64,000 bases of DNA from the human T2T-CHM13v2.0 reference genome, Homo sapiens: assembly GCF_009914755.1 (NCBI RefSeq), contig NC_060926.1. One strand, written 5' to 3'. Shown here in pieces: positions 1 to 14,593 of this stretch (positions are counted from its first letter, which is position 1; each line of letters starts with the position of its first letter). The translations under genes and the position numbers were made by a program. Below the pieces are notes generated by a model, which did no database searches, was not told the DNA's origin, and was given only the letters and a program-made list of their open reading frames with translations.

Positions 1-440
1 GAAAATAAAACCTGAATCTAATCAGATTTCTACATCTAATAACAAATTTATAGGAAATACAAAAGAACAGGCTAAATAACACCATGGAGATGTAATCAGC
101 AAAATTCAGGCTTTGCACAACTCTTCAGGACAAACAACCTAATTTCTTCAACAAATAAATTGCAAAGGGGATGAGAAAACAGATGAGAGGGAACCTCTGG
201 ATTAAAACAGATTTAAGAGTCAATCAACCAATTGGAATGAACAGGGCTTGTTTAGATCCTGGTTTTAACACACTGTTAAAAAAAAAAAGATTTATGGGAC
301 AGTTGGGGAAATTTGAATACTAAGTAGATATCTGATACCATTAAATTATTGTGAATGTTTTATAGGTGCTATAGTAAATTATTGTGGTCCCCAGAAGTCC
401 TTATGTTTTAAAGATATATATTTAAATATTATGACTAAAC
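1..440 (+). mobile_element. Old L1 (L1MC/L1ME-type) 3' fragment
   Basis: A-rich degenerate sequence resembling ancient L1 3' ends; family assigned by eye, boundaries approximate. Confidence 0.4.
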
Positions 441-1311
441 TAAAAATATAAAGATAATCTGACATCTGTGCTCACCCACCCTGGGGATTTTCCCCAGGCT
501 CTTCACCCTGCACAGCTCCCTGCCTTTTTGCTGAAACCTCTCTTCACTCCTTCCTACATAAAAATCTGTAAAAGGACATACAAGGAATTTGTCATGATGC
601 ATTACTTCTGGGAGGGGAACTAGAGAACTGGGGGTTGGGATGGGATAGGAGAGAAGCAAACTTTGGGACAGATCATTGTTAGCTTTATGCAGGTAATACC
701 TTTTTGAAGGACTAACCAAAAAATAAATGAAATACGAGAAAAAGTTCATTAGAACCTTGAAATGCTTACTCGGGAGAATGAAAAAGGCAGAGACTTATGT
801 TGTTGAGCATGTGGATGGATTGGCCCAGACCATATTTCTCAAAGTATGGTCCCAGGACCATCTGCAGCAGAATTGGGCCCATCTCCTTCCTTCCCAGCCA
901 GAATCTCTCAGGGTAGAGCACAGAGACACTGGGAACTACAGTCCTTAAGGACCTAAGTGCCAGCTTTTCAAATACTTATTATATTGTTTTGGAACTTTGG
1001 AATGTATAGGACAAAAATATTCCCAAATTTAAATTCAAAGCAGCACAATTCTGAAAGTCTAAAAGACTTTTTTTTAGGTTTGTTGACAATGATTTAATCA
1101 GCAGATGTCACTATGTAATCCTTGGGAACATCCCTTCGATGTTGCCTCATTTTTTGGAGAGGCAGAGTGTACTGCTGGCATTGTAGCATAGAAATATTTA
1201 TGGTAATTTTGTATTTTGTTTAATGAAAATAATTTTACTTTCAGTGCTTATTAAAAGTTTATCTTTGATTAAGCATTCTTTGCTTTTGTTTTTGTTTTTG
1301 TTTTTCCCCAG

Positions 1312-1370
1312 CATCATTGACAAAGAAGTTTCATTAATGGCAGAAATGGATAAAGTTAAAGAAGAAGCCA
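1312..1370 (+). CDS. SPATS2L: SPATS2L internal coding exon, (C)IIDKEVSLMAEMDKVKEEA(M)
   Basis: Polypyrimidine tract + cag acceptor ending 1311; GTAAGT donor at 1371; 59 nt; joins in frame to exon 8831; peptide recognised as SPATS2L coiled-coil/DUF1387 region. Confidence 0.93.
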
Positions 1371-2006
1371 GTAAGTAGACAACACATGGTTATTTGATTA
1401 GGAGCTTCCCAATCAGAAGCAATCCATAGGTCAGACTGACAATGATACCGGCTTCTGAACAGGGTCCTAAAATTTATATTGAAATTTTGGCTCATGAACT
1501 CTGTAACCTTAGTCATGTCACTTAGCCCCTGGAAGCCTCATTTACATCATCTGGCAAAAAGATACAGTTGTAACACTCACCTCGTACAGGTGAGTACATG
1601 GCAGGATGGACACTCAGTACATAATAGGTGTCAGTTGAGTTTTCTAAAGTCCAAAGGGATGTTTGTGCACATAAAGAACTTATAGTTAATTGGATTTAAA
1701 ATGACACTGAATTTAGTATTAGATTTTAAGACAATTTTAACTCTTTAAAACTTACAAATCTCATCATCATTTTTACTAGTTCTTTTTTAGGTTCAATTAA
1801 GTTTATCATATTAAATTTTCCTAGAAAAGTAGTCCCATTTGAAACTTAATTACTTAAATTCCCCTCAACATTTTTAATTACATATATAAATTTAATATAT
1901 CTGATTTGTCTTAAGCACTTCAGATGTCAGACAAGGCAAACTCACAAACCTAACAAGCAAAGTGTTCCTAAGCTTTTAAGCAACTCTTATAAAATTAATA
2001 ATTCAA

Positions 2007-2311
2007 GGCTGGGCGCGGTGGCTTACGCCTGTAATCCCAGCACTTTAGGAGGCCGAGGCAGGCAGATCACAAGGTCAGGAGATCGAGACCATCCTGGCTA
2101 ACACGGTGAAACCCCATCTCTACTAAAGATACAAAAATAAAAAATTAGCCGGGCGTAGTGGTGGGCACCTGTAGTCCCAGCTACTCAGGAGGCTGAGGCA
2201 GGAGAATGGTGTGAACCCGGGAGGCAGAGCTTGCAGTGAGCCAAGATTGCACCACTGCACTCCAGCCTAGGCGACAGAGCAAGACTCCATCTCAAAAAAA
2301 ATAATAATAAT
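2007..2311 (+). mobile_element. AluY, full length
   Basis: GGCTGGGCGCGG start, AluY-type GAGATCGAGACCATCCTGGCTAACACGG, A/AAT tail, TSD aaaattaataattcaa / aagattaataattcaa. Confidence 0.92.
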
Positions 2312-2322
2312 AAGATTAATAA

Positions 2323-2654
<332 letters not shown>

Positions 2655-4175
2655 TAAACAGTTTTCTTAAAATACTCCAGTTCTGTTCATGAACTTCGTC
2701 AAATACACTGACACCTGCCAACTTAAAACCGCAAAAGAAAATCAATTCCATATATTAAATTGAAAATCACAAATCAGATTGCTTAATGTACCAAATTCTC
2801 TGTTTAAATAATGAACACGCTCAAATTATCTTGATCATTGCAAAACTTAATCCTAAATTTAACATAAAATATTAACATTCTGGGTTTGACTTGTTTTATT
2901 TTCTTTATGCTGATTTCTAAACCTTTCCACTGTGGTAAAGTTACTTGAGTAGTAGAGAAGAATTACCATCTTAAATAGACTGAGGCTCATGAGTTGGAAA
3001 TTTCAACAAAGACAAGATTACTTTGTCAGATTCAACATCAAACCACAAGTGAATGTGTGAGGCCCTCCCTTATTATTGAATTTAGTTTGCTGTGTTAATG
3101 GGGCCCCTAAGACCCTATTTTCCAGCTGGGATTCAGTTTTACAATCCTTGTCTCCTGGGCATTTTAAATTCCTCATCTTTACCCAAAGATGAATTGGATA
3201 AATGGCAGTCTGTGCCCCTAACCAGATTTCAGTGAAATCCCTTTACCTTTGATGTGATGTCTTTCTTTTGCCAGAATGAAAGATCAGACCAGATTCTTCA
3301 TTCTTTTTTATTTTTCTTGTCTGGACCTAGGCCATAATTCAAGTGTCATTTTATGGAAAATAGCTATCGTTATTTTTGTTACACAGTTTTCTAAATTATT
3401 TTGTTATTCATTTCAGACCTCCTTTAGTCAGGCATCTAAATAATTGTAAGCAACATTTTAGAATCCTGAAATACAGCAAGCTTTGTTAAATGAAACTAAT
3501 GTGATCCAGGGTGAAGCTATGGACTATTTAGGTAGTTAAACAATCTCTTTGATTGTGAAATTATTTTATCTTATGAAATTTGTTGACATCTTCAGTAACA
3601 GTAGATTATATACACAACTTGGGATTTTCCCTACTTCTCAAGTATAGCTTACTTCAGTTTCATGTCCTAATGATAAAAATGCTAACAACCAACACAGACA
3701 CAAATGATCCTCTTGAACCAAAATGGAAAGTCACTAGCACATCATCACTTTCTTAGAGGTCAAGAAAAGACCTCAGGTTTCATGTACTTATTTTTCCTTC
3801 TTGAGACATGATAGTCTTTGATGCCAAGACCTGTGGAATTTGGAGCATCTCTGGAGAGCATCCCATTTTAAAAACTTACTCAATCAGTAAACACACGCGC
3901 TTCCTTGTGTCCAGGATAAACAGCAAACAGACAAATGTAGAGCCTGCACTCACCAAGCTTTCAGGCTAGCTGAAACTGCTAGATTGGTTGACAGAGTTCA
4001 CCTAACTTGAGTAATTGGTATGGCAGGTCCTGGTTTTTGAACTAACCTCAGCCCTGGGGAAGCCCATTTGCATGCTTTTGAGGCAGGCAGAACTGAGTTC
4101 AAGTCCAACCTCCATCTCTAACTGGCTGTGTGTCCCTGAACCATGTTGTTGACTTCTCAAAGTCTAATATTCCTT

Positions 4176-4500
4176 AGGCCCTGGCAATGGCTCACACATA
4201 TAATCTCAGACCTTTTGGAAGACCAAGGCAGGAGGATTGCTTGAGGCCAAGAGTTCGAGACCAAGCCTGGGCAACATAGTAAGACCCCATCTCTAAAAAA
4301 ATAAAAATAAAAAATAAATTAGCCACGTGTGGTGGCATGTGCCCATAGTTCTAGCTATTCTAGAGGATGAGAGGGGAGAATCACTTGAACTCAGGAGTTT
4401 AAGGATGCAGCAAGCCATGATCATGCCATTACAATCCAGCCTATATAACAGAGAGAGACCCTGTATTAAAAATAATAATAACAATAATAATAATAATAAT
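4176..4500 (+). mobile_element. AluJ
   Basis: Diverged dimeric Alu with (AAT)n tail, apparently inserted in a MIR remnant. Confidence 0.8.
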
Positions 4501-6175
4501 ATCCATCTCAAGTAGTTATTGTAAAGATAAAATGAAAAAATACACGTCAGGCACTTAGCACAGAGCCTGATACAATATGTGTGCAAAAAGGGAAGAGTTC
4601 TTATTAGTAAATTACCCCAACCCGCTCATATTACAGTCAAAAAATGGAAGTCAGGGGTTCTATTGCATCTCTCAAATGACAAGCCTGTATCAACACTATG
4701 TCTTCTCCACAGATAGAAAGAACCATGGAATTTCTCCCCACTAACTACAGAACTGTCTTTACAACCACCATCTTTAATTTGGTTCTCTGTGGTCTCAAGA
4801 GTATTTTTCACACTTTACATTTCCTGTAGACATTATAAATCATATTTCCTCAATTATAACAGAAGCTCCTAAATCCCTCATGGCACCTAACCCAGTGCTG
4901 AGAAGACTGCAGGTACTTCATAAATATTTGTTAAATGAGTTATTGTAAATAAGTCAGTATCTGTAGACTGTGGGAACGAATATTAGTGAACATTCCTGTA
5001 ATTGCACAAAAGAGGAAGTATATTCTAGATGAAGAGATCTCACTTTATCAATAATATTTAGAGTTAGCATTTTGAGTATACTATACGAAACACCTCATGT
5101 ATGTTATTCCATTTATTTCCACAATACCCCTACAACATGTGATCAGTTCCTACACAGATTTTACAGAAGAAGAAACCAAGTGTGTTGTAGTGCTAGGGTC
5201 TCAAACTTCCTGTTTATACCCACGTAAGCACAGGTGTCAAGTTCACTAGAGATACGGGAAGAAAACATTACTTTGTAAATTCATAGTAACACAAACAAAT
5301 TATGAAGTAGAATGCAAAATTCACTAGAATTTTTAAGGAATAAAAAGTATTCCAAAGAATCTTTGTGCTTAAAGAGCCACTTCTCCAGCTCCTGGCCCCT
5401 GGCCCCCACCTTGGGATTTTAAGTATATTTTCTGCTGAGGGTTATTGTTTTGAGAAGCCTTCAGATTTTCTATGGTTCAGATAATATGAGCAAGCTTCCA
5501 ATGTGTTTCAAAAGCTTGAAGGAGTTTATAAATCCTATTGAGAAAGTGGATTTCAGCTTACCAGATACTGTTTATACATACATAATATTAATTAAGTCTT
5601 GAATGCAGTGATAACCTAAGCTGTACAGAATTGTCTTCCTCTACAGATTTCTGAAAGCATGGTGCTTCCAAAACATACTTATTATTCTATTGTAAATTAC
5701 AGGATCAGTGAAGCTTAAGATCTGATCTGTTTTTGTTTGTTTGTGTGATTGATGTTTTTGAGGTGAAAATGTTCATCCCTTCAGCCAAAGAATATTGGCT
5801 TTAGATCTCAAGTTTTAAGGCTTTTTTCATAATGAAAGCCTTTGAAATGTTAATGAGACTATATGTAAAATGCATTTTAACACTTGCTGATCCAAAGTAT
5901 TTGTTTCCATGCACATTGGCATGAGGGTAAACTCAGAATTTACTGGTGATCTTGCACCTGCATTCCTATTTTAGGGCCCATTTATATCTATTTCTACAAA
6001 ATCTTTTGTTTGGTATGAATGCCCAAGTTCTACTTAATCAAAAAGAACAATGGCCCTTAATTGTCACCAGTCTCACAAATGATCCATGAAGAAAAGTTAG
6101 ATCTGTTGGACTGTGTCATCACTGAGGGCCTAATGACCCCTTTACTAGCTGCTTTTCAAGTCTGGGCCTTCAGAC

Positions 6176-6320
6176 TTTTTTTATTATTATTATTATCAGT
6201 TTGATGAGACAGGGTCTTACATTGTTGTCCAGGCAGGTCTTGAACTCCTGAGTCAAGCAATCCTCCTGCCTCAGCCTCCGAAAGTGCTAAGATAACATGT
6301 GTGAGCCACTGCGCCTGGCA
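6176..6320 (-). mobile_element. Alu monomer (FLAM/left arm)
   Basis: Reverse left-monomer sequence with (TTA)n tail. Confidence 0.7.
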
Positions 6321-7292
6321 CAGAATTAATTTTTTTAATTTTAGTTTGCAAGAAGAACATACCTCATTTCATCTTCCTACTTGAATTGTTTTCTCATGCT
6401 GCAGATGTTAGTCCCATCCATATATTGAATTATAATGGCAAACAAATAACATAACCAATCAAAGGTGTGGATCCTAAACAGTCTTAAGTGACCCCTGTAG
6501 AAAAGGAACTTCCATCCTTCTTTAGATATTCCCTTTAAGTAATAGATTAATTCATTCATTGAATTCTTCACTCAGCAGGCATATTGCATACCCCTTGTGT
6601 ACCAAGCAGGCACTAGGTGCCATGGACACAAAGAACTACATAGTGCAGTTCACACCGTAGTCCCGAGAATGACTGGAGATGCTCGCAGGAAACAGATAGG
6701 TAACATTAATGTGCCAAATGGGGCAGGGGGAAACCATGGCACACTGGGCACCTGACTCCATCTAAAGAGGGCAGTGGCTTCTTGGCTTCAGCCGTTTGTC
6801 ACCATGTAGGAAGGTTGACCAACTGTGACCAGAAATTCCAGTACTTTAAGAGATGCCAGAGAGCCAGCTTTCAAATGGAATCTTCTAATTTTTAAATGTG
6901 GGCAATTAATTTGTAAACGTAATGTGTGGACCAAACAAGACATATGTACTCTGGCTGAAAATGAGAGTGAGCCACCTTTTTGTGACCTTTGGTCCCACTG
7001 GGTGTCCTGAGACATCCTTCAGCAATATGTTGTCTACATTGAGATGAAACTTCCCTTCACTTTCACCATCCAGACAAGTTTTTCACTAGCTCCTCTGTAT
7101 TCAGAAAGACTATTAGGCACAGATCTGTCTGCCCAGCCACATGGTATTGTAAATGGGGGCTAGGGGGAGCCCCAGTTAAAGAATCAAAGCATGATTAGCA
7201 TAGTTTGGCAGATGATAAAGCTGTATGAGTTATAGACTAATTATTTTATTAACATCTCAACATTGATATCAGCATAAAAAGATGATGTCTTA

Positions 7293-7595
<303 letters not shown>

Positions 7596-8830
7596 TCAGT
7601 CTGTCTAAAGAATGGTTTATGATTTGCAGGGAATCTTAACTCTTGATGGATTCTGTACTTCTTTTTGGGCTTTTGCAGTGACTATCTTTTGATATTTTGA
7701 GTAATAAGAACTCTTAAAATCAGAAATCATATTGTTTGGACCTGCACGTATGCTGTGAATCTGGTCTAATAAAGCAGTTGATCCTTGTTCAGCCAAGCAT
7801 AGAATGTGAGTCCGACATGCATGTCATCTTAGATGAATACCTTTTTTCTTACACCTCAAAATGCTTGTCCTAAAGAAATGAAGGCAATTCATATGAGTCG
7901 AATTAGAGAGCCAGAAGTCTATCTATTGAAAGATCCAGCTGCATATTTAAATCTCATCCTGTGTGTCTGTATTGATTGCTACTGAGCGCCATAATCTTTT
8001 GGGAAACACGTGTATACACACACAGACACAAACCAACTGATAGGCTACTACATCTATTTGAACCTTTAGTTCATCTGAAGATGTGTGAAAATGTTGGAGC
8101 CAGAGTACTCCCCAGTGTCTTCTCTACGTGTGCAGGTGCTAAAAAATTCACACGAATCTAGTTCTAGCTGGCCTCACTCACTCTTGAAATTTTTCCACTG
8201 GGGACACTTATAGAAAGACCTAAGACACTCTGGGGTAGAACTTCTGTTTTTTTGCTGAATGGAAACATATCTGCAGAGTATCAAAAGCAGAGACATTTTT
8301 GGCTCACAAAAAAACTAATAAAGTTAGATTTTTATGTCAGATTCCAGTAACACAGCTAGTCACCCTAAGTGAGTATGTGTTAAAGTTCAAGAGGGCTGCT
8401 GCTGTTAAAGTTGAATAGTGCAGCACATATAGAATGATTTCTGCTTAGTAGACTTCCTGTCTTGGCGGTATCACTCAGAGAGGATTTTAATAAGTGTTGT
8501 TTTTCAGAGATCGTTGTTCGGAGTAACAAATTTCAAAAGTCTAAATTCCGTAAGTGAGGTCAGACACCAGTGGAGAAAATGTAGAGTGGGAGTGTACAGT
8601 GAATCAGAAGGGACTGTGTTTGGCTTGGGGATTGGTGGAGGAGGACAGGAGGAACTGGGTTGTTGGTAATAGGCACAGAGGGTGAACCCGCCTCCATGAC
8701 CAACTCAGAAAACACAGTCGTGGTCCAACAAAGCAATCAGTCTGTGGAGTGAGAACTGATTCCAAGAAATTAGGTTATTTAATATGTTTCAATCTCTGGC
8801 CCTAATGTATGACTCCTCCTTATTTGGCAG

Positions 8831-8940
8831 TGGAAATCCTGACTGCTCGTCAGAAGAAAGCAGAAGAACTAAAGAGACTCACTGACCTTGCCAGTCAGAT
8901 GGCAGAGATGCAGCTGGCCGAACTCAGGGCAGAAATTAAG
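8831..8940 (+). CDS. SPATS2L: SPATS2L coding exon, (M)EILTARQKKAEELKRLTDLASQMAEMQLAELRAEIK
   Basis: ttggcag acceptor, AAG|GTCAGT donor, 110 nt, phase compatible with both neighbours. Confidence 0.95.
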
Positions 8941-9886
8941 GTCAGTTCTAAAATATCACAGCCTGAACCCTGAGCCAGAGAGCTGATCCCAATTATGTTT
9001 GTTTTGCATCCACAGAGTTCTGCTCTCTGAGGATCTAACATGTACACCCAGCTCTCTTCCACAGGGTGGAAATAGAGAACACAGAAGGGGGAAGACCCAC
9101 ATAATCACTGTGTTTAAGTGTAATGTGCTTTGAAGGAATGTGTTACTCCAAAGGAGAGGTACAAGCTATTTTGTCAGTCAGTAGAGACTGAACCAAATAA
9201 AGTAACTTGGCCAGGCCATGAATTATAGCTGGGATGGGGGATATTATTTTCACACACTGTGATTTGTATGTATGCATATAAACACATCCACAGGTATATA
9301 TACACACACGAAGCATGAACGTAGTGTAATGGTGAAGATTAGAAAGCATGCGGTCTGTGGAGATTTCTTTCCTGTATTATTTTCTAGTTTAGTTGCATTT
9401 TTATTAAGAATACTACCCATAAATACGTATTTATTAGATTCCTTCATTGACAAGCAACAGAAACTGACCCTGGCTAACCTCAAGGACAAGTAGAATTTGA
9501 CAGGATGTGAGTATAGCTCAGCAAAGCAGAGCCCTGTCTGAAGGCTCAGCTCAACAATTAGGTAGGAACTGGGGTGGCTCTGGTGAAATAAGAAGCAATA
9601 ATCACTAGACACTCTCATGGGACCATCAGCCCTGTACCACCCCACTTGGCTCGGATCCCTAAGAGAGAGGCTCTGATTGGCCTCCACTTGGGTCACGTCC
9701 ATCATTTGGCCCAGAGAGGGTGTGACATCTTGATCGCCAGACCCACCAAGACTGTGGATCTTTGAAACTGCATCAGGGTACAGTTACCAGAAGGGGAAAT
9801 AGTTACCAGGAAGGCAAGTATAAGTATTTACAACAAAATAGGAAGAAATTTTAAAATTCCCCTTATCCACTTTTTCACCCAGTATA

Positions 9887-9888
<2 letters not shown>

Positions 9889-9920
<32 letters not shown>
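9889..9920. repeat. (AC)16 microsatellite
   Basis: Perfect AC run read directly. Confidence 0.95.
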
Positions 9921-9922
<2 letters not shown>

Positions 9923-10494
9923 CTTCCAGCTTCTTACCCACTTCCAGGAAACTAGAGTGGTTGCAAGACACAGCTGCTGCTAGCTTTGAAAGTAAGATTG
10001 CAAATTGGGGCATAAAACTGCTTGGCAATGATTGACAGTGGCAAGTGACTTTTCAACTCCCTCCCTCCTGGTTGGGCATGAAAGCGGGCCCCATGGGGAA
10101 GAGGACCTCACCTGAGGGTGCTGAGGGCGCCAGTGGCCTTTCCCTCCTCAGCTTCTCTGCTCTGGCCTTTGTGGCCTCCCACCCAGCCAATTGCAGTGGC
10201 CTCCACACTAGTCTCTCTGCCTACACTGTCTCCCTTCAGCCTCGTACTCCACTAAGACCAGACGTAAACTCCCAAAGCAGATCTGGTTTCCCCAGTATAT
10301 CTCCTTCCCCTCAGAAAGAAATTCACAGCTGGACTTCAATATATGTTCCAACTTCCATCTCTCTCTACAAAAATCCCAGCTTGTTAGAACATCAAGTAAG
10401 AAATATAAAATTGCTAGCTTCCTGATCTATTGAAATCACCTCATCTTCCGAGTTTCATTTCTGCCTATCAAAACGCCACCCATCATAAAATAGT

Positions 10495-10705
10495 TAGTAG
10501 CACAGGCTTTGGAGTGAAACAGTCCAGCTGCAAAATTTTCTACTTCTGTGACCTTGGATAAGTTACACATTCTCTTAGACTCGTAGAACCCCAATTCCCC
10601 CATCTGTAAAACAGAGGTAATAATACTGACTTCATAATACTGTGATCAGATGAAATGAGATTATCTGCTAAGAATTTGACCAGTGCCTCGTAAGTGTTCA
10701 ATGAT
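10495..10705 (+). mobile_element. MIR SINE
   Basis: Core-like motifs ggctttggagt, tgtgaccttggataagttac, catctgtaaaacagagg. Confidence 0.65.
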
Positions 10706-11454
10706 TTTTTCAATGTTCCCTCTTAAATAACTCTTTCCCCATTGCCCTCAGTAGGAAATAATTTCTTCCTCTTTTATATTCCTAAAGCACCAACCACATT
10801 CCACCTTGTATTGTAGTTAATGGTATCTGTTTTCCTTGCCATTGCTAAACTCCCTGGTAAACTCAAGAAGGGACTGAGTCGCAGTTATTTCTGTATTTCT
10901 CACCATGTCTTCTACACACAGATCTTAATTTTAAATGAATGGAAAAATAATCTCTTTCTCACTTCTTTTCACAGCACTTGAAATTCTGCCATTTAAAATA
11001 ATATTTTCCAGACACTAAAGGCTTTGTGGACGTCCCGGTTCCCTGTTAAAATAGGAATGGGGGTCTAGGAAGGACGACATGTTTTCTCTTGATGGTTAAT
11101 ACCTTAGAAGGCACTTGGCCAAACTCAGAAGACCCTGCCAGAATGCAATTCAGAAAAGTACTAGGAGGGCGAGGGGTGCTAAAAGGTTAAATAGATGAGT
11201 CAGACACACATTTCATGTAGGCCCAAACAAGAGAAACACAGGCCCCTCACATATTCCCCAGGCAGGAAGATGCTCATTCCCTAGCCAGGTCAGCACTAAG
11301 ACTGAGCGTGGAGCCTCCCAGCAACAGGGCTGGAAAGATCCCCACCAGGTCAGCACTGCAGTGGACACCGGAAGAGCAGAGTGAACGCATCCACGGGGGT
11401 GCCTTGGTCATTTCTGTAATCATGGGGTTCCTGCTTTTCATCTCTTTCCTCCAG

Positions 11455-11557
11455 CACTTTGTCAGCGAGCGTAAATATGACGAGGAGCTCGGGAAAGCTG
11501 CCCGGTTTTCCTGTGACATCGAACAGCTGAAGGCCCAAATCATGCTCTGCGGAGAAA
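11455..11557 (+). CDS. SPATS2L: SPATS2L coding exon, HFVSERKYDEELGKAARFSCDIEQLKAQIMLCGE
   Basis: tctctttcctccag acceptor, GTGAGT donor at 11558, 103 nt, in frame. Confidence 0.95.
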
Positions 11558-12475
11558 GTGAGTTTTGCATATTTGCTGAATAATTCTGTGTGAGTAACCT
11601 TGGTGCTATTTGGAGTTGCTATTGGAAATGTCAGGTGTGCAGTCCCCCCAGGGGGCTAACGTGAGGTCTAAAGAGATTTAATGATCTAAGCTCATGACAC
11701 AAGTCACCAGAAATGTCGAGATTTGAACCTAGAGTCTTCAAATGCCACTGCCCATCAGTAATTCCCCAGGATTTATTAAGTGGAACAGAACAGGTCAACT
11801 AGTTGATACCTTTTGCAAACTTTTATTAAGCACTGCCAGTTAAACTGCTTCTCTGATTTCAAACAGCCCTGGTTCTACAGAAACTCGTTAGGCAGAGAGA
11901 GTGAGTCTTCCTAACATGTCTGGGAACAATCAGTTATTGTTGTGCAGGGCCCAGCTGTTATGCGAGCCCCTCAGCAGTGCCCTGAGCCTCCACCCTCGGT
12001 TCTCTGTGCTGAGTGAGGCTGCAGATAATGAAAGACTTCACTCAGCCATTAGCTTTAGTCTTGTTCCCTATTAAGCCTTAATTAGAGCAGCTAATGTGCA
12101 ACAAAATTGGCTGCTATATTTTCCCCCTACACCAGCCCACCCACAAGGGGAGGTGGGAATGAGCACTGAAGCGGCTTTAAGGACGGCCACAAGGAGGAAA
12201 GGACTAGTCAATGACGTGGAAACCCACAGCCTCGCAGTCAGCTGAAAAATTAAGATTTGGCTGCACTTCCTATTATGATAGAATTAACTATACTGTACTA
12301 CACTGCATACATATATAGTAACACAATTTGCTTTTATCACTTCACAATCTATGGTAGACATTTTTTCATATCAATATATTTAACCAGTCATTTCTCTAAA
12401 TATAATAGATGTCACCGGTCTTCTGGTTGCTGCATTTAGATTGCTTGCAGTTTTTCACCATTAAAATAACACTCT

Positions 12476-12732
<257 letters not shown>

Positions 12733-13020
12733 CACTGCTGCGAGCATCCTTGTCCACACATCCTTGCCAATTATTTGATTTTCTGACTGCATTTTTAAAA
12801 ATTATTGTTCCCCCCTGTACTCTTCCTTATGAAAGAATCTACCTATTTGCCATTCTCTATCCCCAGCTTTTGCCCCACCTCTAAAAAAGGGAACTGCCCA
12901 CCCTCTTTTCCACTTCAGCCCTCAATGAGCAAGACAGTGATGCTGAGCGATGCCCTGTCACCACCGATCTCGGGGCGATGGAGAGGTGCCCCTTCACCTC
13001 CTTTCCTCCTGAGCACTTCA

Positions 13021-13035
13021 AGTGCCATCTAGTGG
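13021..13035 (-). promoter_or_regulatory. Candidate CTCF site
   Basis: Reverse complement reads CCACTAGATGGCACT, close to the CTCF core consensus. Confidence 0.5.
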
Positions 13036-14372
13036 GAGAAATGGTCCCTTACTAAATTCCAGGTGTCCATTCTGAAAGACAGACACCGTAATCATCCAAA
13101 GGCCCTTCCTTCTCAGCTTTGTTGAGAGCACATTGAGAACCCACAGGTACTGAACCGGAAATAGTGGTCCCTGATCTGCAGACAATAATGACCCCATGAA
13201 ACTGAATCTGGTGAGCATAGGAGCCACGGAAATCCCCTGGTCACATTTGGACAGCCCCAGCTTGCTGTCACACCTTCCCAGTACACTGAAGGGACTGGGG
13301 ATGTGTCCCTGGCCTTTCCATTTCTCCTGTATTGTGATTCTTACTGGTCCCGCCTAGTCCTCTAGCAGAACCCTGGGATTAAATCTGATCCAACAAAGAG
13401 AGCAGACAAAGTTGCTTTCAAAAATTGGTGACAGTTTTAAGCCTCAAAGAAAGGTCTAGCTGGCAGTCAGATTCTGGTGAACTGTGAGAGGGAAGTCAGG
13501 GCTTTATCCTTGAATTGATTCCCTCCAGTTCTGATTCAGTGTAATCACATAGAAATCATCCCAGCAGAAACCACCACTTTCAAAACCAGGGGGAATGGTC
13601 ATAATAAACGCTGAGCAGACCTGCCTGAGCCCTGAGCCCTGAGCCCTGAGCTCTGACGGGTGTCCGCCTGATCAGCCTGCCTTGCCTGTAACCTTGGAAG
13701 TGGTGCACATCTGCAGTGAGGCTGCAGAAAACGGGGCTGATTAAAGGTGTGATGATGGAGCACTAATGAAATATACAAGATGCCTTAGGGGCTGGCGGGC
13801 CTGGCCCTGTGTTTGGGGGATATGCATGACCCAGAGTAACAGAATTCCTAACATCCAACATCACCCCATTCCCAAGCTCTCAGAACATCGTGGATCTGAC
13901 AGGCCAGAGTGTCCGCATAGCTCCCAATCTTTCTGTGTCTGCAGTACCAGTTGGTCCAGGGAACTGATCAGGGAAGTGAGAACAGGTTTGGTAATGGGGA
14001 CTCTACGAGGCAGAGTACATTTGCAGACAGGGCCAGAGAGGGAACCTTGAGGTTTCATTATCTCTTTTCCCTTGGTGGTTCTTGACCTAAAGAATAATAT
14101 TTAAGTTGGTCAGATATGTCTTATTTCCTACAAATGTCTCCCAACTTGGATGATTATGCTGTAATCACAGTTCAGTGATTCCCACAAAAGAAATTTGGTT
14201 GTTCTCTTAAGCACCAAGATGCCCTTTCAAATAACATCTTTCAAAAGAAAACTTTTTAATGTTTTTGTGGAGCTCCTGGCCAGTTTCTTCATCTTCTAGC
14301 GCTTCCTAATGGGTTACTGAGGCAGCAGTGTTGGAGGTGCAGCTCGTAACACTGAGCACTTTATTATTGCAG

Positions 14373-14593
14373 TTACACATCCAAAGAACAACTATTCCTC
14401 AAGAACTCCCTGCAGCTCCCTGCTGCCTCTGCTGAATGCGCACGCAGCAACCTCTGGGAAACAGAGTAACTTTTCCCGAAAATCCTCCACTCACAATAAG
14501 CCCTCTGAAGGCAAAGCGGCAAACCCCAAAATGGTGAGCAGTCTCCCCAGCACCGCCGACCCCTCTCACCAGACCATGCCGGCCAACAAGCAG
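14373..14593 (+). CDS. SPATS2L: SPATS2L penultimate coding exon, (I)THPKNNYSSRTPC...HQTMPANKQ
   Basis: ttattattgcag acceptor, CAG|GTAAGC donor, 221 nt, open in the expected frame. Confidence 0.94.

Noticed and set aside
1587-1595. Strong donor-like CAG|GTGAGT 220 bp after the first SPATS2L exon
   Set aside because: It lies in a MIR-like remnant, I found no convincing acceptor, and extending the upstream exon hits a stop almost at once.
11196-12219. AP-1 (TGAGTCA) and CRE/UPRE-like (TGACGTGG) motifs
   Set aside because: Short motifs expected by chance in 64 kb; no support without chromatin data.
13624-13656. (CCTGAGC)4 heptamer repeat
   Set aside because: Tiny intronic slippage repeat with no sign of function.
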